The notes beneath the pieces are model-generated. The model was not told the origin of the DNA. It ran no database searches and saw nothing but the letters and a program-made list of their open reading frames with translations. Below, in pieces: positions 38,177 to 51,800 of a stretch of 64,000 nt of DNA. Each line of letters begins with the position of its first letter. Position 1 is the stretch's first letter. Both the position numbers and the translations under genes were made by a program. The stretch spans positions 1-64,000 of the forward strand of contig FLMG01001274.1 in assembly GCA_900088475.1 (NCBI GenBank), in the 5' to 3' direction. The stretch comes from Hyphochytrium catenoides. Taxonomy: Eukaryota; Protista; Hyphochytriomycota.

Positions 38177-41047
38177 CTATTTCAGAGCCAGGGCGACGTT
38201 TTCATAAGAAGGAAGCTTGTCTAGCGCGCCGTAGGAGACGAGAGTAGGTTTCGAAGAGAGGGCTCGCTGTGCGATTCTAAGAATATCCCCTGCAGTCACG
38301 TTATCTATCTGCTCACAAATGACAGCCGGGTCTATCCGACGGCCATAGATCAGAATCTGGGCGTAGACCAGAGAACGGAGAAGAGGATGGGAGGGGAAAT
38401 GAAAAGGGCAAAAGCATCAGTGCCACCCTAAAGAGCCCAGACGTAGACTCAACAAGCTGATTTCCTTGAAACTCCATGCCGTACCTGTCTGCCGATATCC
38501 TCGTGCAGAATCAGTCTCTGCTCCAGATTCATCAGCACTGAAGACTTAAGCTGGTTTCGAGCTCTTGCAAGCTCATCGGGTTCCACCTGAAATTCTGCGA
38601 AAGCAAGCGGCAGGAAAATATCGGAGGGGCCAACCTTGAGAAGCGAGACAAGAAGTACAGATGGGCAAACTCTGAAAAGAGGCGACTTGAAGGACTGAGG
38701 CTGCTGAAGGGAAGATAACTGTACGGCAACATAAAGATTAACCCGAGCCGTTGTTGACACAGAAAGGGCATATGGACAGAGTACATCGTCTGGGAGCGCG
38801 AAGGTCTCAAGCGATTTGGCGACCATGGGGCCCCGTGTACTCTAGAGGTCGGTCGCCTTGCACGCACCTGCTATCCGTCTCATTTGGTTGCACATAACGG
38901 CCACCAAATTCCCTACGAAGGATGGTACGCAGGCGCCATAGATGCCGATGAGGCCCACATCAGTGTTAATCGTGGTGAACGCTGAGGCCGACTCAGCCCA
39001 GTAGTAGCGATTCAGGACCTCCTAAAAGAAATGACAGAGAAAATAAGAAGGCGACAAAGTGAAGTTAACATGCAAGCTCTTGTCGAAATAACTTGGGTTG
39101 GGGCTGAGCCTTACCCGATACAAGCGAGTATACATTCCCTTGCCCGGGCCACCAGCAGAAAATGAATCTCCTCCTCCCAACAGGGTGTGGAGTACGCACG
39201 CAGGCACAAGGTCTGCAGTCATTCAGCGCAACAAAAAGTGAGTTAGTTACCTCATCATGATCAACGCAGCGAAGTAGGAAAAGGAAGGGGGCGGGGGGAG
39301 GTAGAGAGACAGATCGGGTTTGAGGACCATCATCATGCCATCCAGCAGTCTCAAAAGCCAGAGCCACGTAGGATAGATCGGCATCCGAGGAAAACCGCAG
39401 ATCTCCTCCGATATATTTCGAAGAAGCAGATTGCAGTGGCATTTCCCGCGTTGCAGCTGGAAGGTGCCCAAACTTCTCCTCTGCCATCGCTACAAACTCC
39501 TTATGGTCCACACCTGGCAGTATTAGGATCCGAAGCATAAGCGGTAGACAATCGAGATGTAGACGCATGGTCACTTTGGGAAAAACTGTCGTCCCTGCTC
39601 TTCCGTTACGCCTACATGCCTTCATTCTCCTTTCAGCCACCCAGTGTTATTCTCAATATTCTTCTTTCTCTGCATATTCCTTCTGCCTCTCTACTTGACA
39701 ATTAGCTCGTCTTGTGCATTCACTAGTAGCTTCCATTGTTCTATCTAGTGCCTTACCCGCGGCAGCTACGACCATACGGTCTGGAGTGTACAGCCTATTC
39801 ATGAAGTCCCGCGCAGTCTGAGCGTTGAGCTTAGGCAACTGCTCAGCCGGGCATATGAGGGGCCGCCCTAGCGGGGATTCTGCACCAAAAGCGGCCTCAT
39901 GCAGCTTCTGCTCCGTTTAAGTTGAATAGGATAAGGTGAGGCACTGGGTCAGATAGAGCTATGCAAGGACGACCAGAAGCCGAAAAGATGCGGGGTGCAA
40001 CGGAGAGGGAGGTGTCCAGAAGGGCATGCAGAAGTCAAAGAGGGATCACACCTCTGTAATCAGTGACTGGTAATTGGTCTTCATTTCGTCCAGCTCTATC
40101 TCTATGATAGCTTTAGTTTGGTCAATTTCTTCCTCTAGAAGCGCTGGAGTTGTCACAGACTCAGATAGTAAGCCCATCGCCTTTCCCACATTATGCCGCA
40201 GCACATCGGCTGTGTATATCATACTCTCTCTTGAAGCGGAGGCATGGACTGCGCCACCAATATCCTCAATATCCCTAAAACGACTCAGTCAATTGAAAGA
40301 CGTCACTAGCTAGGAGACAAGCTGGACATGAAACAGACCGAAAGAGCTCCTTATGTGAGCGCTTGAGACTGCTCTTGAAGGCCAAATGCTCTAGCATGTG
40401 ACTTACGCCAGAGTTTGATCCTAAACAGGGTAGAAAAAATCGTTACGTGATGTCTAACGAAGGCAAAGGGCAAGTGGACAAAGGGAAATAGTGCCCACCA
40501 TCTTCATATCTACTTCCAGCATCAACAAAGACGCCCAAGGTAGTCGATTGGCCGTATGTCTCTTGCGATGCAACTCGTAGTCCATTGGAAAGAGTTGTAA
40601 TCTCAGTCCGAGGTGCAGTCAGCTGATTTGCTGGCTTTAAGACGGGCAGCCTTTATGCAGATCGAAGGGTTTTGCATCGGGTGCATCAAGGCACAGTAGT
40701 AAGATTATTAGCATTAGGGTTGGCCGCCGCAGTATCGATGAGACAGAGAAGAGCTTACCCTGGCAGAGGAGTATCGACCGGAAGTTGCCTCTTGATAGGA
40801 AGCTAAAAATTGAGAACACCATGTCTTAGCCTATTGCAAAAAGCTATCAAAGGACGCTTTTCTTCAAAAGATAAGGCTTACCGACTCCAGACGCAGCACT
40901 TCACCCTCCTCATTTGATGCCGAAGAGAACTTCGAGAGATGGACGTCTTAGTGCCAGCATCAACGTATGCGTATGAAATGTAGGAGGACTTACCCGTCTA
41001 AGGCCAGCGCTCAGGCGAGAAATGCGTGGTCTCGCCATTGACCTCAT
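38177..41047 (-). CDS. PMPCA: Mitochondrial processing peptidase alpha subunit (M16B)
   Basis: It has an Arg-rich presequence-like N-terminus, [24 protein letters not shown], the alpha-specific glycine loop [22 protein letters not shown], and [18 protein letters not shown]...EDIGRQ. Confidence 0.9.
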
Positions 41048-42296
41048 TGTGGGAGTCAGCTGATGGAGCAGGAACCTACCCTGCTGATGTCAAGTGTATG
41101 TAGATACAGAAAAACAAGGAGCGATGCTTCCCAGGTAAAGTAATAACTATCGGGGCTCTCGCATGCGTTGAAACGGATACCCAGTCAGTGACAAGGGCGC
41201 CCGGGTGTGTTGCTTTGTACGGAGTAGTTGCTAGGAAAGATGAAGGTGGCAGACTAGGACGCACAAGATACCCCGGCCCAAGGGACAGACTATCTCACTT
41301 TCCCCAGAGCTCCAGGAAGGCCTTAGAACGGTCAGTGATCAATAAATGGCCGAAGAAGCTGATCATACCACGCTCCAACGCCGATGATGCAGATCGTTGA
41401 GGAGCTTCAAGAAGCAGCACTGAAGCTCTGCTTTATTATTGGGGAAGTGCAGCTTGGTCTCATTGGTTCGCCAATCTTCTCAGCTCTTGAGCCAGCAAAT
41501 CAACAGCATATGATTACTACGAAATTGGATAATCTAGTTATTTATGTCTCAAGGATAACATACAGGATACATGGTGCGGCAAAATCTACAAAAATCAATA
41601 ATTAAATCTCTGCATTCTTTTTCTTCTCAATAGTTCCCAAGACAGAGTTATAGCCTTCGCAGACGGCAGCGGCTCACCCAGTATTGCAAATCATTTGGTT
41701 AGTGATGGGCTTGCCACTACTACTTGTAAGTCTTCGGCAAGCAAGATGCAACTGCCATCCTCTTCAATCGCCTAGTGTCAAGAAGGCACTGTCTTCCACC
41801 GGCAGTAAGCCAGCGGAAGGACTTTGGACGTTCGTGGATGAAAAGATTGAGAGCTACATAAAGTTCACCCGTGGACTCCAGTTGCCAAGGGAATTTGGAC
41901 CACAGGATGTCCTCGACGGATTATGGATAGAAAATGACGGCAGATATGCCCATCTTGTTTCGTTGCAAGATGAATCTTGCATCCAACATCCGTCTGGTTC
42001 TAGTCAAGCGTGACTTTGGCATTTCTTGTCTGCTTCTAACTTCGAAGATTGTAGTTGGACTCATTTATCGCGGTGATGATACTCTACCTTAACGTTCTTC
42101 TTCTTTCTGCTTGTCGTCCTCGTCGTTACTTATTCGCTGAATACGCTAGCTGCAGATAATCTTCTACTTCTTCTTCTGCCTTTCATGTAGTTGTGGTTTC
42201 TTTTCAGAAGACCGGCATGCACAGGCTGCTTGTCCGGTTATTATTTACTACTTGACAGCCAACAGTCACCAACCTCCTCCTGTTGTCCTTCGGCAG

Positions 42297-42520
42297 ATAC
42301 TCATCACCTTACTCATAGCCTATTCACCAGGTTACTCATGGCCTACTGTTCACTCCACTCATAGCCTACTCATAGACGAAGAGCTTGAACAGTATTCACT
42401 CCTACTCATAGAGGAGGAGGCTCTATGAGTAAGCAGTACTCACTCCTACTTATAGAGGAGGAGGTTCTATGAGTAAGACTCCTCTATGAGTAAGCAGTAT
42501 TCATAGTAGGCTCATAGAAG
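42297..42520. repeat. Palindromic minisatellite: 44-bp units each carrying a hairpin, plus TACTCATAG subrepeats
   Basis: Units start at 42390 and 42434 (cagta(t/c)tcactcctact(c/t)atagaggaggagg(c/t)tctatgagtaag). The first unit has a perfect 11-bp stem, TACTCATAGAG / CTCTATGAGTA. Confidence 0.75.
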
Positions 42521-43261
42521 AATATAAGTTATAAGAGTAACCAGAAAAAATGCCCGAAGCCCATTCGTCTTCACGCATTATGTGCGTGTACTCATTGCTC
42601 ATCTGGTGTATGTCGACCTTCTAATGAAGCGCTGCTGTCTACTAATGGCCACCAGGCTTTCTGTATGTAGCCTTATGTGTCCGACCTCTACCCATTGAGA
42701 GGTCAGCGGTGCTCTATCAGGACGAAACGCCATAACCATATCCATTGGCAGTACTATTCTGATCCTTACCGCGAACTTGCTCTATCTAGTGTACACTGGC
42801 TTTCGACTCACATTGTTCTGATTTCTGGCATTTTCTCTTAGACTAGAAGGCGTTCCCTGTCATGTAGTTCATTCGACTATATAGTCTAACAAATGATATC
42901 ACCTTTAACTTATTCCTCCCTACATTCTACTCCTGGCAGCCAGTTAATGAAGTCGTTGACAGGTGTAGCGGGCCTAGTGATAGAGCAAGTGAAGTAGGTA
43001 AATTGAGGGCAATAAGATCTTCAAAAGATGGTCACCGGCCGCCACTTATAGGACTAATCCCCTTAAAGGGCGGAGGGAGGTCTTTGATGTGACCGAGATG
43101 TAGTCATTAGATAAAAGCCACAGGCCCCTCGACACAAGATTCTAACGTGATTGAACAAGGCTCGCGATGCCTTAAGCGAGAAACGGACTTGCATCGGTAT
43201 TTTTCCAGAAGTCCACTCACTCGCTGCTAGAGCCAGTTGCCGTAACTGCTAGCGGGAGCCC

Positions 43262-44796
43262 TCAAAAGGTACCACCATTGATTCTGAGAATGTAGCCGTT
43301 GAGATATGCTCCCTCTACAAAGTTCAGGAAGACAGGGTGATCAGGAGGATGACCTAGCTGCTCAAGCACTTGCACAGAAACGCCTGCGTCCTTCGCTGCT
43401 AACCGGATCACCTGCAGCAAGTCATCAGCAGTTACTAATCCTGAGCAGCTAAAGGTGGCTAGAATGCCTCCAGGTCTCAGCAGCTGCATAGCCTGTAGAT
43501 TCATGTCCTTATAAGCCTTCAGACCGTTGGGCTTGTTCGCAAGGCGGTCAACCAGCCTGGGCGGGTCCAAGACGATAAGATCAAACTCCCTCTTCTCATC
43601 TCTAAACTTTCGCAAAGCTGTCGGAACATCTCCACGTAGATAGTCCGTCTTAGTGCTTTCATTGGTCCCATTCAGTTGATGATTCACACTTGCATATCGC
43701 AATGCCTCCACAGAGCTGTCGATCCCTAGTACAGAGGCGGCCCCCGCCTTGGCAGCAGCTATTTCAAACCCGCCAGTATAGCAGTAACAGCTAAGGACGT
43801 CACGATTGTGTGCATGGGCGGCTACTCTTTCTCGGTTTAGCCATTGATCCAGGTAGAACCCCGACTTCTGTCCTTCTCTAAGGCTCACCGCGTATCGCAA
43901 GCCTCGTTGCGTAATAAGTACGTCTGGGTTGATGGGCTGTCCATCCGTAGCGACAAGCTGGTGGTCCAAAGGGGTAGAGAGAGGAGAAGAGAGAGCCTGC
44001 AGGACCTTCGGATTAAGGTTCTCTCTCTCTCTGTTTTTATCCACCTTTTTGATGTGAATCTTTAGTTCTTGTCCTTCCTCGACAGTCTCTTGCTTTAGCA
44101 CTTCAATGAGTTCCTCAAGCTTCTGCTCGATGACCTTCGCGGAGACAGAGAGCACAAGGTGGTCCGCGTACTTGTCGACGACAAGCCCAGATATCCCGTC
44201 ATTCTCTCCATTTAGCAGCCGATAGGCGTTTGTTTGAAGTCCAAGCTCTTTCGCGCTGTCAGATGGCCCGAAGAGGCGGTGCCTGAGCTCGACGGCTCCC
44301 TTTATACGCCTGCGGAAGAGAGAGGAATCGACATCCTCTCCCTCTTTCCTGCTGTAAACTCTAACTCGCAGTGATGCCTCAGGGTTGTATAGACCCTGGC
44401 CTACCACTGCTCGGGTTCTCTCGTCTATTAGTGCAACTCTGTCTCCAAGTGCAGGTCGACCTGCATCCAAAGATGGGTGATTAAGACTCATCAGAACCAT
44501 CAGGTTGGTGAAGTAAGTAGCATCGCAATAGCAGCACGGGATAGCGGAGAAAAAATAGAGACAGAGAGAGAAAAAAGATGGAGAGAGGCTACGAAGTTGA
44601 AGTGGTGGGCAGGCTACGAACTCGAAATGGTCGAGAGGCAGAACTGCATCGTCGAGAGGTCGAGCTGCGTCGTAGAGATGGAGGAGTTATCAATCAGCAT
44701 ACCTTCCACCTTGGTGATGGCGCTAGCAAAGACCCAAGGATGACCAAAGGTCACAGAGCGGGCCACTCGAGAACTAAGCCACACTCTGGCGCTCAT
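43262..44796 (-). CDS. rlmI: RlmI/YccW-like SAM-dependent rRNA m5C methyltransferase (2 exons)
   Basis: Exon 1 (44796-44703) contains GHPWVF, and a GT-AG intron spans 44702-44461. Exon 2 contains YRLLNGENDGISGLVVDKY, GQKSGFYLDQ, CYTGGF, FDLIVLDPP, LATFSCS and PPDHP. Confidence 0.88.
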
Positions 44797-45344
44797 GGGT
44801 CCAATGAAGCCAAACTACGTTGTTCTCTCCTTGGTCACTGTCAGCACGTTACGGAGCTGCTCTTTCAAAGGACCCCTGACTCTCCTGTGCTCTCTTTCTT
44901 GATATGAGCTTCTCTAGCCCTTCTTCATCCTTTCCTTCCACGTCCGCTCTTCTCTGTCATCGTACCGTTCTTGTCCCGCTGTTTGGTTGGCGGTGTGACT
45001 TCTCGCGCTCATCAGCAGCTAGAGGCGGAAGAGGTGACGCCGCTCCTGATAGGGCGAAGAGACAGAGTAGCTGAGCGAAGAAGACACACAGAGAGGATCA
45101 GAAAGGGAGAGAGAGATTGGTGTGGAAGGGGCCGGCATATCTTTGGATAAGAAGGCGTTTCTGACACTTTAAATCTTTGTGGAATATGAGAGGAGCGGCG
45201 GAGGTTTAGAAACATCAGAATCAACGCCATCTTCGGGGCCTTTAAGCACTGTTATAGGCAGGTGGCTCATAGGCTTAAAGAGTCTCTAGATTTCGCTTTT
45301 TGGGCCGCTAACGGAAAAGTTGAGCTCCCAAATGTTGATGTTGA

Positions 45345-45520
45345 GTCTCTCTCTCTCTCTCTCTCTCTCNNNNNNNNNNNNNNNNNNNNNNNNNNNNNNN
45401 NNNNNCGCTCTCGCTCGCTCTCGCTCTCGCTCGCTCTCGCTCTCGCTCGCTCTCGCTCTCTCGCTGTCTCTCTCTCTCTCTCTCTCTCTCTCGCACTCAC
45501 TCTCTCTCTCTTCCTTTCTC
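45345..45520. repeat. (CT)n / (CTCGCT)n microsatellite containing an assembly gap
   Basis: The repeats are directly visible, with an N run at about 45370-45405. Confidence 0.85.
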
Positions 45521-45822
45521 ACGCACATACATACCTCCCGCTCTTCCCTTTTCTGGTTGACCCTTGACCTGATGAAGAAAGATCATACTGGTTGATGATG
45601 GCACGACGAAGATCTCAATAAAAAGAAGCGCGGAAAGGACACTCCGCAGAGACTCATCGCGCGATCGGCCGAGTCTCACAGCCTGGCCTCTTTACCTCTC
45701 CTACTGATAGACAGCGGGCGGGCGCCGAGGTGCCTCCGTTGCCCCACTCTCGCACCTTCTGCATGATCGAAGACTCCCCGTTGCCGCCGCAGAGAAAAGA
45801 GGTGTAGCTCATTCCAGAGACG

Positions 45823-48800
45823 ATGCTGGATGAACGTGGCCGCTTAGAGGCGACGACCTCTCTGCCAGTCTTAGCCAGACACCTTCAGGCTCTTGCTTCG
45901 AAGTGCCGCAGCAATAATGGCATCCTTGCAGAAGAGCTGGACAGCGTTATCCTATCGGTGGCCAACCTTATACTGGAGGTGCATCCCTATGCCGCTACAG
46001 GGTCTCTGGCAGAGCTCCGCTCAACAGCACGCACGGGCGGTGAAGAACGTGAAGAGCAGGAAGGCAAGCCTTCACTAGGCTTTCGGCAAGGAGGAGGAGA
46101 AGCAAGGGGTATGCTGGACAACGAGAGCTATGAAGCCTGGCGGTCGCTCTGGCGCCTAGAGCTCCTCTACAGGTATCAGCTCCTCCAGAGAATGCTCCCA
46201 GTGCTGACGTTTGTTGGTGCTGATACTCTTAGAGACGGCGGCTTCACCTTCCGCATACCGATTCTTAGCTTGGAGACTGTCCGGAGAGCGGGCCTCGCCA
46301 TCGCCTCCTTGCACCAGTTGATTCATCAGACGTACATAGGAGGAGAGATTATGGCTATCGCAGATTGCAAGCACTTGGTCCTTGAGGTCGGCTTTGCCCT
46401 GATTCAGATCCGGCGTTCCTTTGACGGTGCAGCAAAGAAAGTAAGGGGTATGGAAGAGCGCCCTGTAGGTCGGCCTTCGCCTCTCTTCAGTATAAGAGAC
46501 GAGCTAAGACGGGGAGAAAGGGACGAGGGGCTACTGGACCTCTGGCTGGCGCTGGCCAGACTGCCCCGCGAGCTTGCCACATTACTAACAGTCATCGGGA
46601 ATAGCAGTTATTTCCCATCCAGCCCTATAGACATCATGTGGGGCCTCTTGCCTACGTTCAGTCCCTTCTTCTGCCACCACTTCCAGCACGAACCGAACAG
46701 AAGGAACTGGGCCAAGCTGGTGGAGGAGATCTATAAGCTTAAGTTGGAGGACTTGGGCACAAGAGGATCGGCATATGATGACAATCTTGAAGGCTTATAT
46801 GTTACGCTCTTTCACGCTGCTGAGAGCTCCTCCCTCTTCGCTCAAATGGCTGTAGAGAGCCCATGCGTGGACCTTTCCTGTGCAGCTCTGAAGGTAAATA
46901 CCCAGCAGCCGATAGTGGACATCCATATGAAGGGCCTCTTCCATCTGGGGATCCGCTCCACAAAACGGGGAGACGAAAAGTTGGTGACCTACCACAAGTT
47001 GATCAGCCAGTGCATTAGGCTGATTGCTCGTACATACGCTCGATTGGGAGGCGACGCTGGAGGGAAGGCGATTCCCCTTGAGCTTCAACAGGTCTTCGAG
47101 AAACATTGTCGGAATGCGCCAGCTTCCGGGCCTGGACAGGAGGGAAACGATGCAGATAGTAAATTTCTTCTGGAGAAGCTTGCCTGCATCCTTTTTGATG
47201 TCCAGATCTTTGGTCGCGCTATCAGACTTGACTTAGAGGACGGTCAGCGCGCTTCCGCCTGTGTTGACCGGCCACAATTTGCTAGAACTCAATTCTCAAA
47301 GCTCCCCTTCAACCACTTCACGATGAGCGTCTACCAAACGAGACGCTTCCAGTTGGCTGAGGATATATCCATCTCAGAGCTGCGTGAGACCTTGCGAGAG
47401 ATGCTTCGATTGGGAAATGAGTTGGGTCTATGCGCACTGATGCTTTTACATTTGGGAAAGGAGGGCCTGACCCAAGAGAGCTGGATGTTGGAACCTGAGC
47501 TTGTGGTGAGCTTATGGAAGATTTTGCAGGGCGCCCTGCGACAGGAGGAATGCGTTAGGGCTCTCTACGCGATAGCGTTAGACCACGAGGATGCTCGGCG
47601 ACAGAAGCAAAAAGAGAAGGGTGTGACGACGAGCATCTATTCCTCAGATATGAGCATTATTGCGGAGTTCGACCCAAAGAAAGATTCATTGCCACCTCCT
47701 CTCGTCGCAGGAAAGCTCAAGTTGATTCTCTCTTCGCTATGCTTAGACACTCTGAGGAAGCTGGCGTCGATATCTACCCCTTCTTCGATGCTCCGATTGC
47801 ATGTCGCAGTTACTGACGTCCATTTCCTGCCTAACATACCCTATATACTTCCGCTAGACGATCCAGTCACAGACTTTTTACTAACATTTGCAGCTCAATT
47901 GGGGGAGAAAGAGAGGACGATAGGTCGAAGGCCCTCGTGGGCTCTACTCAAGGTTGTAGACCAGCTGGTGCGGAGTCAGAAAGTGGAAGCTATTGCCTTT
48001 CTTCTGCGCAACCAATTTCTCTGTCAAAAGCTCTACAGAGACATCCAGTCAAACACTGCTCCAGATTCTGACTTTGAAATGCTTTATGCAGAAGATTCCC
48101 GGCATGTGGAGAACTTCTACACGATTGTATCTCATCCATCCTTCACCCCTGAGAAGGAAAGAGCGGGAGCCCTAATGACACGGGTGTGCTCTCTGATAGG
48201 GCACTACATGGATATTTACCCGGAAGGGAACTTTCAACACTTTCTTGACGTTCAGAGACGTACGTTTCTCTCCCTTTGTCATATTGCACTTCGCTTGTGC
48301 TCTCAAGGGGCTAGGTTTCCCTCACAGCTCACAGACAATATGGTTCTCAGATGTCTTCTGACTCAAAAGCAAGGTTGGCTAGCTCTGGTGAATTGTCTGT
48401 CCAGTAATGACGCTTTGATCCCCTTCGGTAGCCTATCGGCTCTATATTCTGTTCTTATGAGAGAGTATACTCAACAACCTTTGCCATGCTGGAGCCGCCC
48501 AGATCAAGAAGGAATTGGGAAAGTAGATATTGTGGATTGGCTGAGGGCGGAAGCGTTGCGCTGCTGTGAGAAGAGGCTCCGCTGCGGCAGTGTAGCACCT
48601 GCCTTTCCGGGACAAAGCGCCAGCGATTCTGCCATGCCGGCAGCCGAAGAAAAGGGAGACCAACCCTGCGGAGCAGCTGCCATGGAGGCAAGGGGAGATA
48701 GTGTCTCACGCTCGGCAGCAGCGATGGCCTTCCTAGAGGCAGTCGGCGTCAAAGGAATGGATGCCCGCGCTGCGTGGGCCTCAATCCCTCGGATTATTCA

Positions 48801-51800
48801 AGGTACGGCGACAAGAGGCCTAGTACTCCTTTTGGACTGTTGTCACGACAGCTCAAGCAATCTCCACCCCGATTTTACTTTGGGGCCCAACCGTCTTTCC
48901 CATTGAGCTCTGCATGTCTGCGTAATCTCGTTTCTTCTCCCTAATTCCTCTGCACGTCGCTAGGACCTTCACAACCGATGCCCTTGGTTGACAAGAACTC
49001 CCTACTCCGGGATGCTCAACGAAAGATCGAAAAGGATGCTGTGCGACTTGGTCCTGCAGATGAGAGGATCGTATACCTTGATCGGTCCCAATTCATCCAG
49101 TACAGAGCCTTTGAGCAGAAGCCGAATGTCTCCGACCTTCTGCGCAAGTCAAAGCTACGGAAGAACGAGGAGAATAGGGAGACAGATGAAGCTGGAGGAC
49201 GAGCGATCCATTCTTTCTCTGTTATGAACATTGCCCGCCAGTGGATATTGGCTTCAAGAAGCTCAGTATCGTTCCCTTCTGAGATGCTTACCTTTATCTC
49301 TATGACGTCAATGGAGAACTGCTGCATGGAGAACCACGGAAACAGACTTCCCTTTGCCATGACGCCAACAGCTGGTGTTTGCTACTTTGAATGTACCCTC
49401 GTCTCTGTACCTCAAGATGGTAGTCCCTGGTTTGTCTCTGTAGGGCTGGTACAGGGAGATCATCCTGAGGACTCTTACGTCGGGGACGCGTCTGCCAAAA
49501 CCAGAGACAGCTTGTTAGGACTGTCGTCACTGAAGTCAACGAGGACAAGTGTGGGATATCTCAGGTACGTTTACTCTGACGGATACCACTACTCGCTTTA
49601 TAATGCTTCGGGTTTCCTTGCTTTCTGGTTTCTCACTTTCCTCACCTTACTGCCTTTGTATCGGACGCCCATGTTTCGCTCCCCGCTTCTCCTTTTTCAC
49701 TGATAGCGTCTTGCTGCTGTCCTTTGCTGCCTTGGAGATCATTTACGCTCTGTTCGGCTCACGTTGCCAAGCAGTAGCGGAAAAATCGAGATCTCCACTG
49801 GAACATCGCCCTCTTCAGCTGCTGCGCCAGCTCTTCCCGCCAACGGCGCTTTCACTGAGGGAGATACCGTCGGGGTGGGGCTGGACCAAGTGCTAGGGAC
49901 TTTTTTCTTCACAAAGAATGGAGAACTTGTGTTCCCCCGTCCTCGCGCTCGTCCCGACTCCGAACGCAATCAGCACGCAGCTACGGGTGAGTCTAGGGTA
50001 GGAGGGGTATCTGCAACGACCTCAAGCATAAAGAAAAGATCGGGTAAATGTCCAATAAGCGGTGTGGACATATTTGAGCACATCGAATATAGAAGAGGCA
50101 AAGCCTACTCTACTTGGAGAGTGTGAGGAATGTACTTTGAGAACGTTTCAGAGCAGGGGAATCCTCAACAAGCTTACCTCGCCAAAAGACACGTCCTGTT
50201 TGTCTTCTTCCTACTTCTGCACTCTTTTATCTTACCATAGATCATCTCACTTGTTGTCCCTGCACCGTTCCCACCTCCGCACCGTTTCCACCAGAAGGGT
50301 CAGTTGAAAAGAGTCTCAAGAAAAAGCAGAGGATGAATAACCCTGTGGCCTGTGGCTCAAGCCCCGAGTCCGAGCGTCTGGGGCCAGAGTATAAAATAGA
50401 CGCTAGCTCCTTTCCCTTCATCTATGCAGGAATAAGCATCCAAGGACCCGTCGATGTGCTCGTTGGTACCCCAGTGAAAACTCCTACAGCAACCAAGCTG
50501 GCATGGAAGGCAGAATTGGAACGGCTTCGACAGGGGCGGCGTTGTCGCCCATCTCCAGCTAATCCTGACTTCTTAATGAGAGTCTTAATGGGTGTGAACG
50601 CCACTCGCGAAGCTAAGAGTATGAGGGTTCAGAGCAACGACAAAATGAAGAATGAACAGGAGCCCGTTCGTGTGACTCTTTTCTCCTATAGTGACAAATC
50701 TCTCTCTCCACACGATTTAGGTGGTCACCCCTTCCCCCCGCCTCGTGGGGCGACATGCCACACGTTGGACCGGCGCAATACCTCTTTGGTCTACTACGCC
50801 GTCAACGCTGTCCCCAAAAAATTCCTGGTTGGCTTGGAGAGAGCTATGGACCACATCACCAGCAGCTATACTCCAGCCATTGACCGTCTATTCTTTCATT
50901 CTGAGCCCGGCAGCTTAAAGAAAACAAATGAAAATGGGACCGATGATAAGAAGATAGAAGCAAGAGAAGTCATTGACCCATTCCGCTTTCCCTACGTCCA
51001 CGGGGCTAGTCCCTTGGCAGATTCAGAGCTAGCGCATTGGTTATGGAGAGCTGGGGCAGGCCGACGTCAGATGTTGAATGGTTCTCCTTACCAGCTTCTA
51101 CCTTCGATCTTCTGGGTCTCTGCTGAGGGGGAAACGGAGATCAAATCGGACATCAACGCTGTACCTCCAGATCTGTATCCTGAAGTCTACCCAGCTTTAT
51201 CTAGTGTCTTTTCACTCTTGCTTCCTCTTTTTGAGCGGTGCTATCATGGGCCTCTACGTGGGAACGAACTCCAGGTTATTGTGCGCTCTACGGACTATGT
51301 CTACAAGGCAGGGAACGGGGAGTGGGAGGCGCCAGAGATGCCATGGCATATGGAAGGCTCTCCTGCTGAAGATATTGTCGCTGTTGGCCTCTGTTTCTTC
51401 AACGTGGATCCTTCTCTGGAGACAGGATACGTCTCCTTCAGACAAGTAGAGGAGTTTGAGAAGTACACGGAAGTTCCAGGAACGCGTTACGACGCCAAGA
51501 ACAAGCAGTATGCAGATATGATCTTCCCTTACTACGGACAGAAGAGGGACGGAGAGAGGATTGTCGGGAGCTACGTCCTGGACTCGCCTTTTCCAATTGA
51601 GGAAGGCGGCCTCGTTGCCTTTAAGAACAATATTCAGTATAAGATTGACTTGCCCACTCGGCTGCGTCCCGGAGAGACAGACAGTGACACAGACAAATCC
51701 CTGCGAGTGTTGACCTTTCTCCTTGTCTGCCCCCGGCACCGCATTCTCTCGACCAGAGAAGTACCTGTTTCGCAGAAAGAAGTGCGTACATTCCAGGTAC

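Noticed and set aside
41384-42290. ORF 41684-42013 and the AT-richer flank as a possible TE remnant
   Set aside because: No transposase or reverse transcriptase motif or terminal repeats were identifiable.
42297-42520. CRISPR-like appearance of the palindromic repeats
   Set aside because: The units are tandem with no unique spacers, there are no cas genes, and the context is eukaryotic.
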